From Nemertoderma westbladi (taxonomy: Eukaryota; Animalia; Xenacoelomorpha), in contig JAUCBJ010000720.1 in assembly GCA_032718475.1 (NCBI GenBank), positions 43,831 to 107,830 of the forward strand: 64,000 nucleotides of DNA. The letters are read 5' to 3'. A model generated the notes under the pieces. It was not told the DNA's origin and ran no database searches. It saw nothing but the letters and a program-made list of their open reading frames with translations. The first letter of the stretch is position 1, and every line of letters starts with the position of its first letter. The position numbers and the translations under genes were made by a program. Below are positions 1 through 13,767 of the stretch, piece by piece.

Positions 1-3000
1 CACACAGAAACTTGTTGCTGGACCCCCTCACACACAGAAACTTGTTCCTGGACTCCTCACACACATAAACTTGTTGCTGGACTCCTCACACACATAAACT
101 TGTTGCTGGACTCCTCACACACATAAACTTGTTGCTGGACTCCTCACACACAGAAACTTGTTCCTGGACTCCTCACACACAGAAACTTGTTGCTGGACCC
201 CCTCACACACAGAAACTTGTTCCTGGACTCCTCACACACATAAACTTGTTGCTGGACTCCTCACACACATAAACTTGTTGCTGGACTCCTCACACACATA
301 AACTTGTTGCTGGACTCCTCACACACAGAAACTTGTTGCTGGACTCCTCACACACAGAAACTTGTTCCTGGACTCCTCACACACATAAACTTGTTGCTGG
401 ACTCCTCACACACAGAAACTTGTTCCTGGACTCCTCACACACATAAACTTGTTGCTGGACTCCTCACACACAGAAACTTGTTGCTGGACCCCCTCACACA
501 CAGAAACTTGTTCCTGGACTCCTCACACACATAAACTTGTTGCTGGACTCCTCACACACATAAACTTGTTGCTGGACCCCCTCACACACAGAAACTTGTT
601 CCTGGACTCCTCACACACATAAACTTGTTGCTGGACTCCTCACACACATAAACTTGTTGCTGGACCCCCTCACACACAGAAACTTGTTGCTGGACTCCTC
701 ACACACATAAACTTGTTGCTGGACTCCTCACACACAGAAACTTGTTGCTGGACTCCTCACACACATAAACTTGTTGCTGGACCCCCTCACACACAGAAAC
801 TTGTTGCTGGACTCCTCACACACATAAACTTGTTACTGGACTCCTCACACACATAAACTTGTTGCTGGACTCCTCACACACATAAACTTGTTGCTGGACT
901 CCTCACACACAGAAACTTGTTGCTGGACCCCCTCACACACAGAAACTTGTTCCTGGACTCCTCACACACATAAACTTGTTGCTGGACCCCCTCACACACA
1001 GAAACTTGTTGCTGGACTCCTCACACACAGAAACTTGTTCCTGGACTCCTCACACACATAAACTTGTTGCTGGACTCCTCACACACATAAACTTGTTGCT
1101 GGACTCCTCACACACAGAAACTTGTTGCTGGACCCCCTCACACACAGAAACTTGTTCCTGGACTCCTCACACACATAAACTTGTTGCTGGACCCCTCACA
1201 CACATAAACTTGTTGCTGGACCCCCTCACACACAGAAACTTGTTGCTGGACTCCTCACACACAGAAACTTGTTCCTGGACTCCTCACACACATAAACTTG
1301 TTGCTGGACCCCCTCACACACAGAAACTTGTTGCTGGACTCCTCACACACATAAACTTGTTGCTGGACTCCTCACACACAGAAACTTGTTGCTGGACCCC
1401 CTCACACACAGAAACTTGTTCCTGGACTCCTCACACACATAAACTTGTTGCTGGACTCCTCACACACATAAACTTGTTGCTGGACTCCTCACACACAGAA
1501 ACTTGTTCCTGGACTCCTCACACACATAAACTTGTTGCTGGACTCCTCACACACATAAACTTGTTGCTGGACCCCCTCACACACAGAAACTTGTTGCTGG
1601 ACTCCTCACACACAGAAACTTGTTCCTGGACTCCTCACACACATAAACTTGTTGCTGGACTCCTCACACACAGAAACTTGTTGCTGGACCCCCTCACACA
1701 CAGAAACTTGTTCCTGGACTCCTCACACACATAAACTTGTTGCTGGACTCCTCACACACAGAAACTTGTTGCTGGACTCCTCACACACAGAAACTTGTTC
1801 CTGGACTCCTCACACACATAAACTTGTTGCTGGACTCCTCACACACAGAAACTTGTTGCTGGACCCCCTCACACACAGAAACTTGTTCCTGGACTCCTCA
1901 CACACATAAACTTGTTGCTGGACTCCTCACACACAGAAACTTGTTGCTGGACCCCCTCACACACAGAAACTTGTTCCTGGACTCCTCACACACATAAACT
2001 TGTTGCTGGACTCCTCACACACATAAACTTGTTGCTGGACTCCTCACACACAGAAACTTGTTGCTGGACCCCCTCACACACAGAAACTTGTTCCTGGACT
2101 CCTCACACACATAAACTTGTTGCTGGACTCCTCACACACATAAACTTGTTGCTGGACCCCCTCACACACAGAAACTTGTTGCTGGACTCCTCACACACAT
2201 AAACTTGTTGCTGGACTCCTCACACACAGAAACTTGTTGCTGGACCCCCTCACACACAGAAACTTGTTCCTGGACTCCTCACACACATAAACTTGTTGCT
2301 GGACTCCTCACACACAGAAACTTGTTGCTGGACTCCTCACACACATAAACTTGTTGCTGGACTCCTCACACACATAAACTTGTTGCTGGACTCCTCACAC
2401 ACAGAAACTTGTTGCTGGACTCCTCACACACATAAACTTGTTGCTGGACTCCTCACACACATAAACTTGTTGCTGGACCCCCTCACACACAGAAACTTGT
2501 TGCTGGACTCCTCACACACATAAACTTGTTGCTGGACCCCCTCACACACAGAAACTTGTTGCTGGACTCCTCACACACATAAACTTGTTGCTGGACTCCT
2601 CACACACATAAACTTGTTGCTGGACTCCTCACACACATAAACTTGTTGCTGGACCCCCTCACACACAGAAACTTGTTGCTGGACTCCTCACACACATAAA
2701 CTTGTTGCTGGACTCCTCACACACAGAAACTTGTTGCTGGACCCCCTCACACACAGAAACTTGTTGCTGGACTCCTCACACACATAAACTTGTTGCTGGA
2801 CTCCTCACACACAGAAACTTGTTGCTGGACTCCTCACACACATAAACTTGTTGCTGGACTCCTCACACACATAAACTTGTTGCTGGACTCCTCACACACA
2901 GAAACTTGTTGCTGGACCCCCTCACACACATAAACTTGTTGCTGGACTCCCTCACACACAGAAACTTGTTGCTGGACTCCTCACACACAGAAACTTGTTC

Positions 3001-6000
3001 CTGGACTCCTCACACACATAAACTTGTTGCTGGACCCCCTCACACACAGAAACTTGTTGCTGGACTCCTCACACACATAAACTTGTTGCTGGACTCCTCA
3101 CACACAGAAACTTGTTGCTGGACCCCCTCACACACAGAAACTTGTTCCTGGACTCCTCACACACAGAAACTTGTTGCTGGACTCCTCACACACAGAAACT
3201 TGTTGCTGGACCCCCTCACACACAGAAACTTGTTGCTGGACTCCTCACACACATAAACTTGTTGCTGGACTCCTCACACACATAAACTTGTTGCTGGACT
3301 CCTCACACACAGAAACTTGTTGCTGGACCCCCTCACACACATAAACTTGTTGCTGGACTCCTCACACACAGAAACTTGTTGCTGGACTCCTCACACACAG
3401 AAACTTGTTCCTGGACTCCTCACACACATAAACTTGTTGCTGGACTCCTCACACACAGAAACTTGTTGCTGGACCCCCTCACACACAGAAACTTGTTGCT
3501 GGACTCCTCACACACAGAAACTTGTTGCTGGACTCCTCACACACAGAAACTTGTTGCTGGACCCCCTCACACACAGAAACTTGTTGCTGGACTCCTCACA
3601 CACATAAACTTGTTGCTGGACTCCTCACACACAGAAACTTGTTGCTGGACCCCCTCACACACAGAAACTTGTTGCTGGACTCCTCACACACAGAAACTTG
3701 TTGCTGGACTCCTCACACACATAAACTTGTTGCTGGACCCCCTCACACACAGAAACTTGTTGCTGGACTCCTCACACACAGAAACTTGTTGCTGGACTCC
3801 TCACACACAGAAACTTGTTGCTGGACCCCCTCACACACAGAAACTTGTTGCTGGACTCCTCACACACATAAACTTGTTGCTGGACTCCTCACACACAGAA
3901 ACTTGTTGCTGGACCCCCTCACACACAGAAACTTGTTGCTGGACTCCTCACACACAGAAACTTGTTGCTGGACTCCTCACACACATAAACTTGTTGCTGG
4001 ACCCCCTCACACACAGAAACTTGTTGCTGGACCCCCTCACACACATAAACTTGTTGCTGGACTCCTCACACACATAAACTTGTTGCTGGACTCCTCACAC
4101 ACAGAAACTTGTTGCTGGACTCCTCACACACAGAAACTTGTTGCTGGACTCCTCACACACATAAACTTGTTGCTGGACTCCTCACACACAGAAACTTGTT
4201 GCTGGACCCCCTCACACACAGAAACTTGTTGCTGGACTCCTCACACACAGAAACTTGTTGCTGGACTCCTCACACACATAAACTTGTTGCTGGACCCCCT
4301 CACACACATAAACTTGTTGCTGGACTCCTCACACACATAAACTTGTTGCTGGACTCCTCACACACATAAACTTGTTGCTGGACTCCCTCACACACAGAAA
4401 CTTGTTGCTGGACTCCTCACACACATAAACTTGTTGCTGGACTCCTCACACCCAGAAACTTGTTGCTGGACTCCTCACACACATAAACTTGTTGCTGGAC
4501 CCCCTCACACACATAAACTTGTTGCTGGACTCCTCACACACAGAAACTTGTTGCTGGACCCCCTCACACACAGAAACTTGTTGCTGCAACTTGTTTCTGC
4601 AACTTGTTTCAGCAACTTGTTTCTGAAACTTGTTGCTGGACCCCCTCACACACAGAAACTTGTTGCTGGACCCCCTCACACACAGAAACTTGTTGCTGGA
4701 CCCATCACACATAAACTTGTTGCTGGACCCCCTCACACACAGAAACTTGTTGCTGGACCCCCTCACACACAGAAACTTGTTGCTGGACCCATCACACATA
4801 AACTTGTTGCTGGACCCCCTCACACACAGAAACTTGTTGCTGGACTCCTCACACACAGAAACTTGTTGCTGGACTCCTCACACACAGAAACTTGTTGCTG
4901 GACCCCCTCACACACAGAAACTTGTTGCTGGACTCCTCACACACATAAACTTGTTGCTGGACTCCTCACACACAGAAACTTGTTGCTGGACCCCCTCACA
5001 CACAGAAACTTGTTGCTGGACTCCTCACACACAGAAACTTGTTGCTGGACTCCTCACACACATAAACTTGTTGCTGGACCCCCTCACACACAGAAACTTG
5101 TTGCTGGACCCCCTCACACACATAAACTTGTTGCTGGACTCCTCACACACATAAACTTGTTGCTGGACTCCTCACACACAGAAACTTGTTGCTGGACTCC
5201 TCACACACAGAAACTTGTTGCTGGACTCCTCACACACATAAACTTGTTGCTGGACTCCTCACACACAGAAACTTGTTGCTGGACCCCCTCACACACAGAA
5301 ACTTGTTGCTGGACTCCTCACACACAGAAACTTGTTGCTGGACTCCTCACACACATAAACTTGTTGCTGGACCCCCTCACACACATAAACTTGTTGCTGG
5401 ACTCCTCACACACATAAACTTGTTGCTGGACTCCTCACACACATAAACTTGTTGCTGGACTCCCTCACACACAGAAACTTGTTGCTGGACTCCTCACACA
5501 CATAAACTTGTTGCTGGACTCCTCACACCCAGAAACTTGTTGCTGGACTCCTCACACACATAAACTTGTTGCTGGACCCCCTCACACACATAAACTTGTT
5601 GCTGGACTCCTCACACACAGAAACTTGTTGCTGGACCCCCTCACACACAGAAACTTGTTGCTGCAACTTGTTTCTGCAACTTGTTTCAGCAACTTGTTTC
5701 TGAAACTTGTTGCTGGACCCCCTCACACACAGAAACTTGTTGCTGGACCCCCTCACACACAGAAACTTGTTGCTGGACCCATCACACATAAACTTGTTGC
5801 TGGACCCCCTCACACACAGAAACTTGTTGCTGGACCCCCTCACACACAGAAACTTGTTGCTGGACCCATCACACATAAACTTGTTGCTGGACCCCCTCAC
5901 ACACAGAAACTTGTTGCTGGACCCCCTCACACACAGAAACTTGTTGCTGGACCCATCACACATAAACTTGTTGCTGGACTCCTCATACACAGAAACTTGT

Positions 6001-6085
6001 TGCTGGACTCCTCACACACATAAACTTGTTGCTGGTCTCCTCACACACATAAACTTGTTGCTGGACTCCTCACACACAGAAACTG
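1..6085. repeat. Satellite array, 29/30-bp unit AAACTTGTT(G/C)CTGGAC(T/CC)CCTCACACACA(T/G); runs off the window start
   Basis: About 200 directly visible tandem copies; ~1077-bp higher-order duplication marked by the variant block at ~4580-4630 and ~5657-5707. Confidence 0.98.
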
Positions 6086-6128
6086 TTGTTGCGTAATGTT
6101 TCTGAGTTTCCAGCAACTATTGCTGATA

Positions 6129-6193
6129 CCTCACACGGAGCAAATTTTGTTTCAGAAACAAGCTGCAGAAACAAAAGTTGCACCATGTTGAGG
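6129..6193. repeat. Imperfect palindrome / probable MITE terminus related to the satellite unit
   Basis: CCTCACACGGAGCAAATTTTGTTTC ... GAAACAAAAGTTGCACCATGTTGAGG are imperfect inverted arms; they share CCTCACAC and CTTGTTTCTG motifs with the array. Confidence 0.55.
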
Positions 6194-7216
6194 TTTAATT
6201 AGGACCATTAGTCCGTACCCCAAATCTATTTATAATATTTTGTATTTATAACACTAATTCTGTACTCTGAAATTTTAACTCAAAGCTGCTGAAAACTATA
6301 TAACATATATGTTATAGGAACGAACATATATGTTTGATGAATATTGAGTGAAAAATAATAAAGTAGTAGGGAATTTAGTGATGAAATATGTCAAAAAATT
6401 TAAATAACAAAAAAGTCAAAAAAAAAAAATCAAACTATTTCTATTAAATCCCATAATTAATTAAATCAATCTAGGATGTGATTTTGTTTAAATTTCAAAA
6501 GTCGAATCTCGAATATTTTCTTTCGATTCAATTTCGTTATTTTTAGTAATTTCTGGAAAAATAGCTTTCAATTCGATTTCGACCCAGTGAAATTCGTTCG
6601 ATTCGATTCGATTTCGATTCGATCCCAGTCCCTGCTTACAGTATACTACAGTACAGTAGACTCTGCAATTATATAAATAGAACATGATATAAAACCGATA
6701 AAACATTATCGATAAAGTTACTGGAGGAATACGATATGTATGGAATTCAGTTCTCTTTTGATGGAAAAATTATTCTACAGTAGTTTATATGGATAATAAA
6801 TATATGATTTGGGAAACTGCCAGCGGGAAGATGATTTTTGGATAAACTGGTCGAGAATTAGGTTTTTTATGACGCAAAATTCTCAGCTGATGGAAAAAAG
6901 ATTATGTAAATGCAACGTCACTCACTACTGGTGGAATTTCTTTTTGTGATGAAACAGATTCGGAAGCAAATCATGAAGATGTAATTAATAAAACGTCCCG
7001 GAAACATCACTGAAGATGAAGTTGGAAGAGAAACAGATTATATTGGAATTAATTGGATGGAAGTTAATAAAGCTGATTCTAATAACTTCCATCCTAATAA
7101 TTCGAATGTAATAATGTTTCTCTTCCAATGATAAAAAAATCAGATTAATTAATGTCGAAGAACTTGGAATAACTAGACTTAAAAACTTTGGAGTCCTCTC
7201 CCATACGAATTGTTAG

Positions 7217-7595
7217 ACTCACACCCGTTCCAGGACTCACACCCCTTCCAGGACTCACACCCGTTCCAGGACTCACACCCGTTCCAGGACTCACACCCGT
7301 TCCTGGGCTCACACCCGTTCCAGGACTCACACCCGTTCTAGGACTCACACCCGTTCCGGCACTCACACCCGTTCCAGGACTCACACCTGTTCCAGGAGTC
7401 ACACCCATTCCAGGACTCACACCCGTTCCTAGACTCACACCCGTTCCAGGACTCACACCCGTTCCAGGAGTCACACCCCTTCCAGGACTCACACCCATTC
7501 CAGGACTCAACCCCTTCCAGGACTCACACCCATTCCAGGACTCAACACCTTCCAGGAGTAACACCCATTCCAGGACTCAACCAACTCCTTCCAGG
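7217..7595. repeat. 18-bp minisatellite (GGACTCACACCCGTTCCA)n
   Basis: About 20 tandem copies that degrade towards the right end. Confidence 0.95.
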
Positions 7596-8732
7596 ATATA
7601 TGTTTCATTTTCACCAGCGGGCGAACATCCAACATCTAATAATATCCTACTCCGTTATTTAACTGCGAGTAAAACTTGAATTTTATGAATTTGTATTTAT
7701 TACAAACCAACCAAGCGTAACTGTGTAACCTATAATTATTCGATCCTCTGTAACCCAATCGAGACATTCTGGACAAACTGGACTGGACGAAGTCCATTAC
7801 AGTTCGTACATAATGTATCAATTGGTATATACAGAGGATTAATTAATTATTGGTTACAGATAATATATTGGTTGAAGTATATTCAGTTATTGCTCCAGCC
7901 AGATGGTGGATAGGCCTACTACAACACTCCTCCAGTAATCGGCATTGTTTTAAACTCATTCTACAGAGCCAATTAGGTAGGCATTTATCATTGCCTTGCG
8001 ATACGGAAACCTACACATATAAAGCCCGAAGTTTTAACGTGCCAGGGGGATTCAACCTCTCCTGTATGATCATCAACCTCTTCACACCCCCTTCCGTGGC
8101 TATTCCGAGTCCTATTACATCAGCTTTATCTCGTCTGGTTGTTTTGATACCTCCAACACCTTCAACTTTAATGTGATTCACGACATATGTATATTGAATA
8201 TCAGCGTCCTGATTGTTCTGCAGTACTGAACTGCAGTTACGAGTCTCCTACTCATCGGTGAAGTAGATAAGGCCTACCCGAATGTAAGGCCAGATACCGA
8301 ATTGTTTCAGACATAATACTGTTTGTGTGTGCTGTATAAACTCGTTTTTATTACTACCAAAGGAAAGTATAAATTGTATTGTGTACAGAAATGAACTGAA
8401 TTAAATAAATTTTTGTGACCACAAGGTTGAGTCTAAAAAGCTTAATACACTGGCTTGACTATTTAAAGTAGATTGATATTTTCATAATTATATTGAAAAT
8501 CATAAAGCAGACCCAGCAACATAGCGCCCCCAGATCTCGCGGTCAGCCACACACAGTGCCAGCAGACCCAGTAACATAGCGCCCCCAGATCACGTGGACA
8601 GCCATAAATTTCATGTGGAGTTGAGACCATGCCAGCTAGCAATAATCCCGTAGACTTATGCACAACACACCATTATGACATGGCTCAGCCCAGCAGCCAC
8701 TATGATACTCCTCAATGATGAATAATTCCTGT

Positions 8733-9905
8733 GTAACTCAGCACTTTTCGGTTTGAACACGAAATTTTTAATTCATTTATACGATGCCATAAATCCACAA
8801 TTTTAGGTTTTCTAGGGCGCTGATCCTAATGGAATACATTTCTAATTTGCCAGATCATTGCTACTCGTATTTTTCGGCGAAATTTGGTAAAATTTGGTGC
8901 TAGCACCAAAATTCGTACCCATCACCAAAAATTACAAGTTCGCGATGTCCAGTGCTGTTTTTATTGATTTCATCGGATTCAGGACCCACATAAACACAAG
9001 AAACAAGATGATACTATCTACTGATCAATTTGCTTATTTAAAAAATTTAGTGCTGGCACAACAATTATTTTCACCCACCTGCGAAAAATAGAAATTTGAA
9101 AACTCTTATGAAATATTTACTGTTTCCATTGAATTCAGAACCCTCACAAACCCGTATAACACAAGAAACAAGGTGACATAATCAATTGATATATTTTATG
9201 TTTTTCAAAATTTGGTGCTAGCACCACATTTTTCGCCCACTTCCGAAAAATACAAGTTTGAGATGTCTGGTTCGATAATTATATATTCCATTGAATTCAG
9301 AACAGCCATAAACCTCTAAAACGCAAGAAATAAATTGTCACACGAAATTTTAAACTATTGAATGGATTTTCAAATTTTCGTGGTAACACCAAAATTTGCA
9401 CATGGCACAGAAAAATACAAGTTTAATACGCTTGGTGCAACTCGTTTATATTCCATCGAAATCGTTACATTGCGTTACATTGCGTAAAAACAAGTTCAAA
9501 CAATCAATTTACAAAATTGACATATTTCAAAATTTGGTGCTGGCACCAAAATTTGGCACCCGGCGAAAACACCATGTTTGAAATTTCTAAACTAATTTAT
9601 ATGAATTCCATCTAATTGCAAACACCAAAAAACGGGAGGAAATAAAAAATAGTGATGTTACACATCATGTTTCATGCAATGTAATTTTCAAAATACGTCT
9701 CAAAAATGTGCCAAAAGTAAGGTTAAAAATGGTGCTATATCTCGAAAACTACCAAATATTTTTGAAAACGGTTTTCACTACTAGGAAGACAATAGATTTT
9801 TAGGAAAAGTCATAAAATTTCAGATTCCCAACTGCGTTTGTTTCAGAATTATAACAAAAAACCACGGGGGACGGGGAAATATAGAACCCCCCTGGTTTAA
9901 TAGGG
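8733..9905 (-). mobile_element. Non-autonomous DNA element with TTAA/CCC terminus (piggyBac-like end), partial copy A
   Basis: Ends AATAGGG|TTAA at 9899-9909; repeated palindromic TTTGGTGCTAGCACCAAA motifs; 8733-9370 is an inverted homologue of 11857-12503. Confidence 0.6.
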
Positions 9906-10008
9906 TTAATAACCAAAATAATTTTCTTCTTTCTAAAGTCTTTCCTCTGCATTGTAAAAAAATAATTTTGTTTCACAATGAATTCCCCCTTTCCTCCCCG
10001 GGAAAGCA

Positions 10009-11856
10009 ATGATAGATAGTATAATATTAGGGGATAGTGATATATATACTGTACAACAGCGATCTCAGTCTAGAGTCACATGCCGGTGTTTTTTTGGAGA
10101 GAGAGCGGCAAACAATTCTTTGAGTCCCTTTCCTGATGACCTTTCTGGCCCAAACCCTGGGCCGCCAGGGAGGCCAGATTGTGAGGGGGAGAGGGATTCT
10201 GGAGTTGGAGGCTACTCTCATGTTCCACCCCGACCAACAAAGCTATTGGTGAATCTGAGGCCAGTCACTAGACTAGCCTCAGTAAACACCCTAACACTCG
10301 GGTCCCCAATGCGACAAGGTGAGCTGACTGCCTTGGCAGATAAGCTTTCTCTTAGTGCAGTGGGTGTTCAAGAGCACCGAATGCAGACTGGACAGACTGA
10401 TGAGGTTCTGATTAAGGACATGGGGGGCAGTTGGCGACTCGCCCTCGCTTCAGCAGATGATAGTGGCAATGGTGGAATTGGTCTATTGATGAATCCAACT
10501 GCACATGCAGCATTGGACAAAATAGACCAAATCTCTAACTGCATCATCCGTTGCCACTTCTCATGTTCTGGAAGACTGGCTAAGAAGTTTCCTAAGGTGG
10601 TTCTGATTGTGTGCTACTCTCCAACTAGTGTTGCCCCTGTAGTGGAGGTGGAAAATTTCTACCAGAATCTACAAGCAGCTACTGATGGAGTGGATCAGCA
10701 TGCATTCTTAACATTCCTGGGAGACTTTAATGCAAGTCTGCATCAATCACCTACATCGCCCTGGGTCTATAGCAATAGTGTTAACCGAAATTCCGTCCAT
10801 CTTCAGGATTTTATCTCTGGAAATGGATTGTTTTCGGCTGGAACCCAGTTCAAGAAGCGAACTGGAAAGCTATGGACTCATAGTGGACCCAGTGGTCACA
10901 AGTCCCAGATACTATACAAAGACTGTAATTTAATTTACAGGAGCTAATAAACCAACATGTTGATGCCATCAATGATGCTGACGACAGCAGGCAATCATCC
11001 CAGGCATGGAGATCGATCAACTTGCTTGCTGGTCGAAAAGGCCAACCAACCACCAAGGTTAAGGCTGAATCACCAGCCGATCGCCTCAATGGTTGGAAGG
11101 CCCACTTTGAAAAGCTCATCAATAATGACAGGGTATTGCCTGATAACTTTATAGAAGTAAAAGTGTATGAGTCTGTACTTCCAGATATTCCCATTGGTGA
11201 TATCTCCTTTGCAGAAGTGAAGGCTGCTGCAAAGAGCATTAAGACCAATCGTGCCAGTGGAGTATATGGTGTTCCTCCTGAGGTCTTTAAAATACCTGAG
11301 TGTTTAAAGCTCATCTATCCCATCATAGTAGAAATGTACCGAACAGCAAGAGTCCCACAAGAAATGAAAACAAATAAGTTGGTGCCTGTTCCTAAGAAGG
11401 GCAACCTAACACTCTATGGTTCTTTTCGGGGAATCTCATTGATCTCGATTGCTGCAAAGCTATACAATAGAATTCTATTAAATCGCATCAGGGATCCCAT
11501 TGAGAGACTGCTCCGTGGAAACCAGAATGGGTTCTGTAAAGGTCGTGGGACCATGGAGCCCATTTTGGCACTTAGAAGGATAATTTAAGAGTTATCAAAA
11601 AAGAAAGACAGGCATCTGGCTTTCCAGGATTTGGAAGCCACCGAGAATTAATCGGAAACTTAAGGTCCGATTATGGTGGTGGACAGCCCATGACTTTCTT
11701 AAGACGCATCTTAAAGGACACTGGCCTTGAAGATGCGGATGATCTAGCAAAGTGTTGTTAAGTTGTGGTGGTAGCAAAGTTGTGGCGCTGCAATTTTGTC
11801 GATAAACCGGCACAGCATTCTTAAAAATGCAGCTGCAATGCAGCATGCCGATCCTA
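10009..11856 (+). mobile_element. RTE-clade LINE, internally deleted (AP endonuclease, RT N-terminus, 3' end)
   Basis: APE motifs GVQEHR, CYSPT, LGDFNA, WTH; RT start PVPKKGNL..FRGISL..QNGF; frameshifts; near-identical to the copy at 37272-38741. Confidence 0.9.
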
Positions 11857-12694
11857 TTTTGAAAATCAATTCAATATTTAAATTGATTGTTACAACTTAT
11901 TTCTCGCGTTTTAGAGGTTTATGGGAGTTCTGAATTCAATGAAATAAATAATCATCTAACTAGACATCTCAAACTTGTATTTTTCGGAAGTAGGTGCAAA
12001 ATTTGGTGCTAGCAGCACCATATTTTGAAAACCTCCAAATATATCAATTGATTGTATCACCTTGTTTCTTGCGTTATACGGGTTTGTAAGGGTACTGAAT
12101 TCAATGGAATATGTAAAAATTCCATAAGAGTTTTCAAACCTGTATTTTTCGCCGGAGGGTGAAAATTGTTGTGCCAGCACCTAATTTCGAAAATAAGCAA
12201 ATTGATAAATATATCGTATCATGTTGTTTCTTGTGTTATACGGGTTAATGGGGGTCGTCAATCCGATGGAATCAATAAAAACCCACTGGACATCTCAAAC
12301 TTGTACTGTTTGGTGATGGGTACGAGATTTGGTCCTAGCACCAAATTTTGCCACATTACGCCGAAAAATACGAGTAGAAATGATCTGGCAAATTAGAAAT
12401 GTATTCCATTAGGATCAGCGCCCCAGAAAACCTAAAAATGTGGATTTATGGCATCGTATAAGTGAATTAAAAATTTCGTGTTCAAACCGAAAAGTGCTGG
12501 TTACTTGTTTTTTTTTCATTTTTTGTCTACGTAGACGACTAAAACAGCCATTTATAATAATCAGACCCCAGTACTTTTTTCGAAATTTTTTTCTCAGTCG
12601 GATTCAGAATAGTGAAATCTGCGTACAAACGGGGGGGGGGGGGGGGGGGTAAATTAATAATAATATTAAAATAATATTAATAATACTAATAGGG
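11857..12694 (+). mobile_element. Non-autonomous DNA element, partial copy B (opposite end of the family at 8733-9905)
   Basis: Inverted homology to 8733-9370; ends AATAGGG|TTAA at 12688-12698. Confidence 0.6.
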
Positions 12695-13230
12695 TTAATA
12701 ATCAAAAAATATATAGTATATAATATTACACAGGCTTTCGATAGATTATTTTTATCTTCTTCAGGTGTTAAATAATAAATTATTTCTGGACCAATTTCCT
12801 AGACAATAAATTATGGATTTATTATGCAATTATTATTTCCTTTTATAAAATAACAATAAATTAAATTATATTAATATATCATATGTACGAAATGGTATGA
12901 AATGGTGCTTATATTCATTATGTAAGACTCTTGTTTATTTATGTAAACCACCATCACTCTGCTCCCTAGTACATAAATACTATCAGATCATATATCTGAA
13001 ACATTGCAAATATTCACCAGCACCAATACCAAACCTAATTACAATGTAACAAATTCGTATATTTCTTCTTCACAAACAAGTTTTCAACCTGTAAAATAAA
13101 TAATTACTTAAATATAATACATATATATAATATAAATAATTAAAAATAATAAAGCGCACTCAAATATTATGAGGCCACTGCTACAACATTTATATTATTT
13201 ACTATATTTTTTGTAAAACTTACATTTGAA

Positions 13231-13767
13231 CTAAATTAAAATCTTCATTTCAACACGGGAAGCTGGATGGCTTCCAGTGAATGTCCACCAACGTGGTCCA
13301 TTGAAATCGTGTTCACCATAGACTCCATTCAAGTTGCTCTCTTGGCACCATCGGTACCACCAGGCTCCCGTATGTTTAATGGCACAGTTAATGGAATGTG
13401 AACCGTCATTATCGCGGTCCTTTGTGGTGAATGACATACCATTGTGAATAAACGTCAACGAGTCTCCAGCAGTGCCATGGTAACCGGATATATGTAGTCG
13501 GTAATTCGTTTCAGCGGATCCCAGATAGAAGTTGTCGTATTCCGCGTATCGGTGTTCATTGTTGTATTCCACCAGCTGTCCATTATCCAATCCTTGTCCA
13601 GTGTACCACAAATCGACTCTCAACTTAACTCCATCTTTACTAAGCATGTGGATCTCTTCCAAACCCAACCAGAAATTTGTATTCTGATCTCCAAATCCTT
13701 CAACGTACTCATTCCAGTTGCGATAGAAGTTCACCGATCCATCCACTCTTTGTTGAATCTTCTTCCA
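13231..13767 (-). CDS. FReD gene 1, coding exon 2: fibrinogen C-terminal domain (ficolin/tachylectin-5-like)
   Basis: WKKIQQRVDGSVNFYRNW..GFG..FWLGLE..AEYDNF..GTAGDSL..FTTKDRDND..NCA..GAWWY..C..SNLNG; polypyrimidine tract plus AG at 13768-13769, phase 0; TAG stop. Confidence 0.93.
   Translation of the reverse strand, partial: WKKIQQRVDGSVNFYRNWNEYVEGFGDQNTNFWLGLEEIHMLSKDGVKLRVDLWYTGQGLDNGQLVEYNNEHRYAEYDNFYLGSAETNYRLHISGYHGTAGDSLTFIHNGMSFTTKDRDNDGSHSINCAIKHTGAWWYRWCQESNLNGVYGEHDFNGPRWWTFTGSHPASRVEMKILI

Noticed and set aside
304-6096. Many long ORFs and CRISPR-like periodicity in the first 6 kb
   Set aside because: Pure tandem repeat without unique spacers; the ORFs are translations of the satellite, and the context is eukaryotic with no cas genes.
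7145-7679. Repetitive ORFs (LTPVPG)n / (GTGVSP)n
   Set aside because: Open on both strands only because an 18-bp stop-free unit is repeated; no splice or domain support.
10130-10200. CTGATGA at the RTE 5' region as a ribozyme core
   Set aside because: No correctly placed GAAA or stems; an HDV-like fold could not be established by eye.
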